Shown: positions 33,397 to 39,418 of the stretch, in pieces
Layout: each line of letters opens with the position of its first letter
Numbering within the stretch: position 1 is the stretch's first letter
The notes under the pieces: model-generated
Seen by the model: only the letters and a program-made list of their open reading frames with translations
The model's database searches: none
Told to the model about the DNA's origin: nothing
Made by a program: the position numbers and the translations under genes
IMG/VR virus record: IMGVR_UViG_3300045988_124394
Origin: a virus
Direction: 5' to 3' (one strand)
Length of the DNA: 39,692 nucleotides

Positions 33397-34030
33397 ATCT
33401 TTCCTCCTTAGTTTTTATCAAATCTTCAAGTTTTTCTCTATCCCAAAGTAATACTTGATTGCTTTTAGCTAATTCTTTTGCAGATTTTGTAAAATGTTGA
33501 TTTGTCAAAACAACAGCAACATGACAGTTATAAAAGGTTCTTCCAGCAAAAGCCTCTTGGACAGCTTTATTTCCGATATCAGACGAATAGCATTTACACT
33601 GAATACCGTATTTAATACCATCCTTATATGCCAAAATATCAAGTCCTTGGTCCCCACTACCTTTTGTTACCTCTACATTATCATAACCATTTCGAGCTAG
33701 AAGTTCGGCACAATAATGTTCAAATGCATGTCCATCCATGTTGTCGAATGGCTGATTTAAATTGTAGTATGGTTCAGGCTCTGAGTGATATGAAGAATGA
33801 TGATAACGCTCAGAAGATGAAGAATAGTTCATAGAATGTTTGTTAGGCGAAATGATCCATTTACACCATGCTAGAACGGCACTGCAAGAGTCGATTATCC
33901 ATCCGATTCCGAAAAGTCCTATGGTAAAGAAATATAAAAATCCCATACCGATTTTTCCATCCATAAACTTATGAACTCCGAAAGGACCAAGAAATATAGT
34001 GACAAGCATTCGTGTTGTAGGTGATTTCAT
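33383..34030 (-). CDS. TM2-domain / Mrr-like (PD-(D/E)xK) restriction-endonuclease-domain fusion protein
   Basis: N-terminus ..IFLGPFGVHKFMDGKIGMGFLYFFTIGLFGIGWIID.. is a TM2 domain. C-terminus ..GSGDQGLDILAYKDGIKYGIQCKCYS..VGNKAVQEAF.. is the Mrr_cat D...QxK core. SD TAGGAGGA. Confidence 0.7.
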   Translation of the reverse strand: MKSPTTRMLVTIFLGPFGVHKFMDGKIGMGFLYFFTIGLFGIGWIIDSCSAVLAWCKWIISPNKHSMNYSSSSERYHHSSYHSEPEPYYNLNQPFDNMDGHAFEHYCAELLARNGYDNVEVTKGSGDQGLDILAYKDGIKYGIQCKCYSSDIGNKAVQEAFAGRTFYNCHVAVVLTNQHFTKSAKELAKSNQVLLWDREKLEDLIKTKEERYGTY

Positions 34031-34062
34031 TAAATCAATCCTCCTATATGTATTTTTATAAT

Positions 34063-34070
34063 ATTATACA
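34063..34070 (-). promoter_or_regulatory. Extended -10 (TGTATAAT) upstream of the TM2-Mrr gene
   Basis: The minus strand reads TGTATAAT about 32 nt upstream of ATG 34030, in the AT-rich gap after the ImmA-like gene. The -35 is weak. Confidence 0.4.
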
Positions 34071-34105
34071 ATAAAGAGAAAATAATTTATATAGTATATA
34101 TAAAT

Positions 34106-34585
34106 TTATTCAATTCCATAATTCATATCCACAACTCCCAGTGGTTCAAAAAATATCATGTAATTATCTACTACAGTGTATTTCCCATATTTTAAGAGAT
34201 AGGCATCCAAAGCATCCTTTAAAAATGCTTCTGTAACATCCAGATGCTCTGCCATTTCGTGTAGATTCCTACAGCCATATTGATAAGCAGATAATATGCC
34301 AGATAAACCAATTTGTTTATTGTAAGCCCACATCCGGGCTTTTCGTTCTTGTTTTATATTCTCTATCTCTGTCTGATCTAAGATGTTTCCGGCACTGGTA
34401 TAATGATGTCCTAACTCTTCGGCAAGGACACAGGCTTTCTTTACCTGGGTGGGAATGTCCTTGCGAATTGCAATACATTTATCCCTGATCAGACCGTCAT
34501 GAGTGGAGAGAGATACTTCTTTTACTGCCAGACCTTCTTGATCGGCAGAATCTAAAAGTTGTTCATATGTCAAGTGAGACACCAC
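34106..34585 (-). CDS. ImmA/IrrE-family metallopeptidase-like protein
   Basis: ..CIAIRKDIP..KACVLAEELGHHYTS.. fits the COG2856/DUF955 layout. The motif reads EELGHH rather than canonical HExxH. Confidence 0.7.
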   Translation of the reverse strand: MVSHLTYEQLLDSADQEGLAVKEVSLSTHDGLIRDKCIAIRKDIPTQVKKACVLAEELGHHYTSAGNILDQTEIENIKQERKARMWAYNKQIGLSGILSAYQYGCRNLHEMAEHLDVTEAFLKDALDAYLLKYGKYTVVDNYMIFFEPLGVVDMNYGIE

Positions 34586-34604
34586 CTTCCCATGTAGCGA
34601 TTTG

Positions 34605-34829
34605 CTATAATCCTAGTTCCTTTAAAACTTCTTCCTGAGACATTGCAGGCTGATAATCAGGGTCACCAGAATGATATGCATTAAGAGCAGCGATTTCTTC
34701 TGGATCAGGAGTAACTTCTTCTACATTGTTAAGCAAAAATGCTGCCTGAATTAAATTCCAGACTTTCTCAGCATCTTCATCGCTCATGATAGTAACAGCA
34801 CCAAAGATTCTTTCTTTTACATTAGACAT
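34605..34829 (-). CDS. Small acidic protein downstream of the RelE-like toxin (candidate antitoxin)
   Basis: ATG 34829 begins 4 nt after the toxin stop codon (34834..34836). 74 aa, D/E-rich. Confidence 0.4.
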   Translation of the reverse strand: MSNVKERIFGAVTIMSDEDAEKVWNLIQAAFLLNNVEEVTPDPEEIAALNAYHSGDPDYQPAMSQEEVLKELGL

Positions 34830-34833
34830 ATAA

Positions 34834-35076
34834 TCACACTCCTTTATAAATCTGTCCGCGGTTACCAATATCAATAATATCAATGATAACACCATTTACA
34901 TCAAATAATACTCGAAAATTACCGACACGCAGGCGATAGCCGGAAGCTCCCTGCAACTTTTTAATATCGCCTTCTAAAGGTAATCTGGAGATGGCAGTCG
35001 TCAAACGTTTCTGTGTAGGCTTATCTTGCTTTTTTAGAAATTTAATAGCCTTTTTACCATAAATGATTTGAAACAA
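34834..35076 (-). CDS. RelE/ParE-family toxin
   Basis: 80 aa: ..AIKFLKKQDKPTQKRL..I..L..GDIKKLQGASGYRLRVGNFRVLFDVNG..I.IIDIGNRGQIY is the RelE/ParE fold signature. TTG start lies 6 nt after AAAGGAGA. Confidence 0.75.
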   Translation of the reverse strand: MFQIIYGKKAIKFLKKQDKPTQKRLTTAISRLPLEGDIKKLQGASGYRLRVGNFRVLFDVNGVIIDIIDIGNRGQIYKGV

Positions 35077-35091
35077 TAAAATTCTCCTTTC

Positions 35092-35634
35092 TTACTTCCA
35101 CAAACTATCATCATTCATAATATCTAAATCATTCTGTATCCCTTCTGGAGTCACTTCTATATCAGTACGCTGGTGGGCGGCAAGAAGTTCAGATTTTTTA
35201 GTTATATGCTCATCAATTAATCGTTCTATATTATAGTTCATGTCTTTGTAACAACGGTTAATCATACTCATAAAATCTTTACGATTGAAAACATACTTTT
35301 GTTTTGATTTTGTTTTGATTTCAACAGTTTCTGAATTTAAATTTATTTCATAGCCATATGATTCAAATAATTGTATATAGAGATTTGTTTGGCCTGAAAC
35401 TCGTTTCATTTCATTAGAAATTAATTTTACAGGGGGTTCCCAACCCATTAGATAGGCGGGAGATACGCCACTTAAAGTAGCAGCAGCCTCTATTTTGTCT
35501 GATGGTATATTAGTAATAATGTTGTTTTCGTATTTATATAATGTTTGCTTTGAGACATTGATTTTGTCTGCGAATTCTACTTGACTTAGTCCAAGTTGTA
35601 TACGTGCTTCTTTTATGCGCTCACCAACTGTCAT
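35092..35634 (-). CDS. XRE-family HTH repressor (CI/ImmR-like)
   Basis: MTVGERIKEARIQLGLSQVEFADKINVSKQTLYKYENN.. HTH_XRE plus a 110-aa C-terminal domain. Divergent from the cro-like gene. Confidence 0.8.
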   Translation of the reverse strand: MTVGERIKEARIQLGLSQVEFADKINVSKQTLYKYENNIITNIPSDKIEAAATLSGVSPAYLMGWEPPVKLISNEMKRVSGQTNLYIQLFESYGYEINLNSETVEIKTKSKQKYVFNRKDFMSMINRCYKDMNYNIERLIDEHITKKSELLAAHQRTDIEVTPEGIQNDLDIMNDDSLWK

Positions 35635-35682
35635 ATAGTGGTTCCTCCTTAAAAATAGTAACTTAATAATAGCACAAAAATG

Positions 35683-35711
35683 TTATAAAGGCAACAAAAA
35701 TATCTTGACAA
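35683..35711 (-). promoter_or_regulatory. Leftward (repressor operon) promoter
   Basis: The minus strand reads TTGTCA, 17 nt, TTATAA. Its -35 overlaps the -35 of the rightward promoter. Confidence 0.5.
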
Positions 35712-35732
35712 GTTACGAAAATGTGTTATACT
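35705..35732 (+). promoter_or_regulatory. Rightward early promoter
   Basis: TTGACA, 16 nt, TATACT, with TG extended -10 (TGTTATACT). Confidence 0.65.
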
Positions 35733-35733
35733 C

Positions 35734-35753
35734 AAAGTAACTTTTAAAGATAC
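35734..35753 (+). repeat. 20-nt box AAAGTAACTTTTAAAGATAC (copy 1; operator candidate)
   Basis: Repeated with one substitution at 35960..35979. The core AAGT(A/T)ACTT also occurs at 35657-35664 and, inverted, at 35710-35716. Confidence 0.7.
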
Positions 35754-35765
35754 GGAGGTGAGAAA

Positions 35766-35966
35766 TTGATTAAAACAAATGAACTACGCGGAGTAATAGC
35801 AAAAAATGGGTATTCCCAATCAGATATTGCTAAAATGATAGGGATAACACCAAAAACATTTTATGAAAAAATGAAAATAGGTGTGTTTGGGAGCGATGAG
35901 ATTCAAGTAATGATTGATAACTTGAAAATAGAGGACCCGATTGCTATTTTTTTTGCACGAAAGTAA
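35766..35966 (+). CDS. Cro-like HTH regulator
   Basis: TTG start behind GGAGGTGA. ..GYSQSDIAKMIGITPKTFYEKM.. is an HTH. 66 aa. Confidence 0.65.
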   Translation: MIKTNELRGVIAKNGYSQSDIAKMIGITPKTFYEKMKIGVFGSDEIQVMIDNLKIEDPIAIFFARK

Positions 35967-35979
35967 CTTTAAAAGATAC
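35960..35979 (+). repeat. 20-nt box AAAGTAACTTTAAAAGATAC (copy 2), overlapping the cro-like stop
   Basis: See copy 1. Confidence 0.7.
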
Positions 35980-36002
35980 TTCTAAAGCATAAGGAGGCCA
36001 AA

Positions 36003-36512
36003 GTGAGTAATTTAACAAGAAACACCATTACTTCAATGGAAGTAGCAGAAATGGTAGGAAAAGAACACAAAGAATTGCTTCGAGATATTCGGAGGTATGT
36101 AGCACAATTAGCCGAGAGCAAAATTGCGCTGGGCGATTTCTTCACAGAAGCCACATATAAAGATGCAAATAATCAAAATCGTCCATGCTTTCAGGTCACA
36201 AAGAAAGGCTGTGAGTTCATAGCTCATAAGCTGACTGGACAGAAAGGAACAGAATTTACTGCAAGATACATAAACCGTTTCCATGAAATGGAGGATGGTA
36301 AACTTCCGTGTCCTTTGAATCCGATTATTGCATCCAGTGTTGCAGAACTCGGTAGAGTCACAGATCGAATCATGACAAAGCAGGGTTCAGCACCGTATAA
36401 GATTGCAGAAGCATTCAAAAGAGAATGTGAACAGTTTGGCATTTCGTTGCCGGATGATTTTGTAAAAGTTCCAGAGTATGAGCAAATGAAATTATCACTG
36501 GAAGTAAATTGA
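36003..36512 (+). CDS. Rha-family phage regulatory protein (antirepressor-like)
   Basis: ..ITSMEVAEMVGKEHKELLRDIRRY..PCFQVTKKGCEFIAHKLTGQKG..FTARYINRFHEME is the Phage_pRha signature. GTG start behind AAGGAGG. Confidence 0.7.
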   Translation: MSNLTRNTITSMEVAEMVGKEHKELLRDIRRYVAQLAESKIALGDFFTEATYKDANNQNRPCFQVTKKGCEFIAHKLTGQKGTEFTARYINRFHEMEDGKLPCPLNPIIASSVAELGRVTDRIMTKQGSAPYKIAEAFKRECEQFGISLPDDFVKVPEYEQMKLSLEVN

Positions 36513-36586
36513 AGAAAGAACAGAAGAACCAGAACGCAAGAGTAGTTAACATAATGTAGAGCGAAGAAAGCAGGATAGGAGTATTG

Positions 36587-36754
36587 ATGGACAAAGAGAA
36601 TCTTATTCACTTGCATACAAAAGAAACCCCAGAGGGAACAGATATATATCTGGATGATAAATTACTTCATCATGTAAAAGAAATTAGAATCGAGAGTTCA
36701 GTTATCTCTGGCACAGCCGAACTCTCGATAAAGATGAAAGTAAAGTATCCTTAA
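36587..36754 (+). CDS. Small ORF (55 aa)
   Basis: ATG lies 5 nt after AGGATAGGAG. Its stop overlaps the stop of the convergent minus-strand gene. Confidence 0.35.
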   Translation: MDKENLIHLHTKETPEGTDIYLDDKLLHHVKEIRIESSVISGTAELSIKMKVKYP

Positions 36755-37113
36755 CCAAGAAAAAATGCAGAGGCTACTTGCTTAGCAAGTTCTATAAGGA
36801 TACTCAAAGAAGCACCAGCACCTTTTGACATTACTTTTTTCCAAACAGAATCATTACGAATATTGGCGAGAAATTCATGACCTGCCGGAGTGAGATCGGA
36901 AATGTCAGTGTGCTTTCCGTTGTCATAGTAATGTACTTCTTGAATCAGTCCAGATTGTTCACATTGACGGATGCGATACAGAATTTCAGGATGAGCATAA
37001 GAGGAAAGTTCGGGGAATGGGTCCTCAACTTTGTACTTAGCTCGCGTGTAAAAATCGCTGTGTGCTTCAACTGCAATTAAAATATCACGAATGCAGTTAG
37101 GGTTTAGTTGCAT
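36751..37113 (-). CDS. DUF2513-like protein, antisense to the early operon
   Basis: MQLNPNCIRDILIAVEA......LSSYAHPEILYRIRQCEQSGLI..TPAGHEFLANIRNDSVWKK resembles DUF2513 (winged-helix-like). Confidence 0.5.
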   Translation of the reverse strand: MQLNPNCIRDILIAVEAHSDFYTRAKYKVEDPFPELSSYAHPEILYRIRQCEQSGLIQEVHYYDNGKHTDISDLTPAGHEFLANIRNDSVWKKVMSKGAGASLSILIELAKQVASAFFLG

Positions 37114-37163
37114 ATTTAAGGTCTTCTTTCTTTCGTACTTGGCATTACAGTGCCTGCATAGAA

Positions 37164-37192
37164 AGAATATTGGAGAATTAGTGAAAAGTCAA
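37164..37192 (-). promoter_or_regulatory. Promoter for the DUF2513-like gene
   Basis: The minus strand reads TTGACT, 17 nt, TATTCT. Confidence 0.55.
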
Positions 37193-37215
37193 GAGCGGTT
37201 AGGGGGTGAGAAAAT

Positions 37216-37377
37216 ATGAATTTAACATGTTGTGTAGCTGGAATCGCCTTGTTAGTATTAGCGGTTATTCTCTGTGCTATTACGGAAAATAAAATTCTCT
37301 GGATATCAATATTGATTATTGGAGAAATAGTGGCGTTTTTAGGATATGCACCAGTATTCTCAAAACTCTTTAGTTAA
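37216..37377 (+). CDS. Small two-TM membrane peptide (53 aa)
   Basis: SD AGGGGGTGA 6 nt upstream. MNLTCCVAGIALLVLAVILCAI...ILWISILIIGEIVAFLGYAPVF. Confidence 0.4.
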   Translation: MNLTCCVAGIALLVLAVILCAITENKILWISILIIGEIVAFLGYAPVFSKLFS

Positions 37378-37546
37378 TAAAGATATGCAACGTTCATATA
37401 ACTTATCGGTATCTTTAGATGCACCGCGTTCAAGTACCTGATTAGCTAATTTAAATAGTGCAAAAAACTTATTAAAGATTTTTCTGCAACATTTCTTGGA
37501 GAATGTAAGAAATGTCAATAAAAATATTGAAAAGGGGGTGAGCTTT

Positions 37547-37855
37547 ATGGAGGGCGTGGCACTTTTGGAAATTGTACATGGACAAATGTATTACTCAAAC
37601 AAACAGCTCGCAGAGGCATTTGGTGTTTCTCTGGGGACTGTCCATCGTAGAAAGATAGGGATTGAAAAAGAACAGAAGAGATATGGTAATTATGCCATTA
37701 TCTCTTCCGGAACAAATCTCTATGCCTACATAGATTACGATAGGTATCACAAAGACTTGGAAGACCCGATAATGAGAAAACACGTTCCAGACTATAATCC
37801 AGCAGAAATAGCTGCATCTTGTGGCTACGGAAAGCGGATCAGGATGCTCAAATAA
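37547..37855 (+). CDS. HTH DNA-binding protein (regulator or excisionase-like; unassigned)
   Basis: ATG 37547 behind AAGGGGGTGA. ..NKQLAEAFGVSLGTVHRRK.. is an HTH. Confidence 0.45.
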   Translation: MEGVALLEIVHGQMYYSNKQLAEAFGVSLGTVHRRKIGIEKEQKRYGNYAIISSGTNLYAYIDYDRYHKDLEDPIMRKHVPDYNPAEIAASCGYGKRIRMLK

Positions 37856-37859
37856 AAAA

Positions 37860-37897
37860 ATGTGCCTGAGGGAGCGGCAACTCCCGGTTAGGCACAT
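37860..37897. other. Strong hairpin with a 5' A7 tract and no 3' T tract on the + strand
   Basis: ATGTGCCT..GGGAG-cggcaa-CTCCC..AGGCACAT. Read on the minus strand it is followed by TTTTTTT. Confidence 0.7.
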
Positions 37898-37954
37898 AGC
37901 AAATAAATCACTTAAAGTATACCTCACGATGAGGAAAAAGAAAAGGAGAAAATT

Positions 37955-38212
37955 ATGACCACAGAAGAAAACAAGTTTTTAGAATTAGAAGAGATTGAGC
38001 TTTTGCTTGAAAAAGTATACGCAGCACAGCAGGCCGGAAACCATGTTATTTTCAGATACGGTAACTATTCAGTGGGTGTGAGTGCCATGAAGGGGAAAAT
38101 TTCTGAAAACAAAGAATGGGACAAACAGTTTGAAATAGAAACTTATGCTAGTGGCATCATGCAGAAATACAATGCCTGCATGGATTACCTTCACCGGTTG
38201 GCCAAAGAATGA
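37955..38212 (+). CDS. Hypothetical protein
   Basis: SD AAAGGAGAA. 85 aa. Confidence 0.6.
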   Translation: MTTEENKFLELEEIELLLEKVYAAQQAGNHVIFRYGNYSVGVSAMKGKISENKEWDKQFEIETYASGIMQKYNACMDYLHRLAKE

Positions 38213-38221
38213 GGTGACGAC

Positions 38222-38389
38222 ATGAAGAAATTTATAGGAAATACGATAGTGATCATATCCTTCCTGTTTCTTCTGTGGGTATGCGTGAGCTGGATCAATG
38301 TCCTGGCACATAATGACCCACATAGGGGAGATCAGAAGTATGCACCAGGAAATGTGTTCGTGGTGATGACGAAGGGATATGAAAAGTAA
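38222..38389 (+). CDS. Small membrane peptide (55 aa)
   Basis: SD GAGGTGA. TM segment IVIISFLFLLWVCVSWINVL. Confidence 0.4.
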   Translation: MKKFIGNTIVIISFLFLLWVCVSWINVLAHNDPHRGDQKYAPGNVFVVMTKGYEK

Positions 38390-38525
38390 ACAAAAAGAAA
38401 ATCCAGTGAAAATAATCCGCTGGCAAGATGGAAGCTTAGAGTGCTTCCATGGAACAGAAGCAGAAGTGGAAAGTTATGTGGCACAGAAAAGTAAAGTGAT
38501 CAAACAAACCTATATCATAGCATGA
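38379..38525 (+). CDS. Small ORF (48 aa)
   Basis: ATG overlaps the upstream ORF end by 11 nt. Confidence 0.3.
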   Translation: MKSKQKENPVKIIRWQDGSLECFHGTEAEVESYVAQKSKVIKQTYIIA

Positions 38526-38529
38526 AAAA

Positions 38530-38555
38530 AGAGGAGTCAAAGATTTGACTCCTCT
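38530..38555. other. Perfect 11-bp-stem hairpin with a 5' A6 tract upstream of rep (origin or reverse terminator candidate)
   Basis: AGAGGAGTCAA-agat-TTGACTCCTCT. Confidence 0.75.
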
Positions 38556-38660
38556 TAGTAGCAAATACCAAGATGGTACACGCCTAAAAAACCATATCTA
38601 GAGTGTACTATCTGTAATTTAAAATGTCAAGAAGTAATCGGGTGAAAGTCCCGTATAAAG

Positions 38661-38667
38661 CTTGATA
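38661..38667 (+). promoter_or_regulatory. CTTGATA, candidate rolling-circle nick site (dso core)
   Basis: Exact match to the nick-site core shared by phiX174 and pC194/pUB110-family origins. It ends 24 nt upstream of the Rep ATG, inside the imperfect palindrome TATAAAGCTTGATA. Confidence 0.4.
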
Positions 38668-38691
38668 AACGTATTAAGGATAGGACCAGAT

Positions 38692-39417
38692 ATGAGTTAT
38701 ACGAAACATATATATAATCTTGGAAATGCAATAGAAGTGGAAGAAAAACACACGTATAGACTTCGTGCCCCCGGGATGAAGAGGGAGAAGAAAAGAAAAC
38801 TGACCCCTGCCCAGATGAAAGCTGTCAATCAGAAAAATAAAGAGAAGAGATGCAGGAGAAGATTGAGGAAGTATTTCAGGGAGAATGATTATTTTGTATG
38901 TCTTACTTACAAAAAAGAAGAACGTCCTTCCAGCATGGCGGAAGCTAGGAAAGATTTTTCGGACGCTTTAAGGAAAATCCGCAAAGAGTATGCAAAAGCT
39001 GGCTACAAGGTAAAGTGGATCCGGAATATTGAAGTAGGGACAAGGAACGCATGGCATATTCATTTAGTCATCAACAGGATACCGGACACAGACTTGATCC
39101 TGCGGAAATCCTGGAAGAAAGGCAAGGTGATCTGCCAGCTCATGTACGAAAAAGGAGAGTTTAAGGACCTGGCAGCCTATCTCACAAAGACTCCGGAAAC
39201 AGACAAGCGTTTAAGGGAGTCGCTTTATGATACATCAAGGAATCTTCCTCTGCCAGAACCGAAGAAAAAAACATACATACACTGGAAAACTTGGAACAGG
39301 ATACGTGTACCAAAAGGATATTACATAGACAAAGATTCCGTCTATGAGGGAGTCAACCCTGTTACAGGATACCCATTTAGAGAATACACACTATTGAAAA
39401 TAAAGAGGAGGGAATGA
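38692..39417 (+). CDS. HUH-type rolling-circle replication initiator (Rep)
   Basis: Motif order FVCLTY (motif 1), WHIHLVIN (HUH), AAYLTKT (catalytic Tyr). ATG 38692; the track ORF starts at TTG 38662. Confidence 0.65.
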   Translation: MSYTKHIYNLGNAIEVEEKHTYRLRAPGMKREKKRKLTPAQMKAVNQKNKEKRCRRRLRKYFRENDYFVCLTYKKEERPSSMAEARKDFSDALRKIRKEYAKAGYKVKWIRNIEVGTRNAWHIHLVINRIPDTDLILRKSWKKGKVICQLMYEKGEFKDLAAYLTKTPETDKRLRESLYDTSRNLPLPEPKKKTYIHWKTWNRIRVPKGYYIDKDSVYEGVNPVTGYPFREYTLLKIKRRE

Positions 39418-39418
39418 G

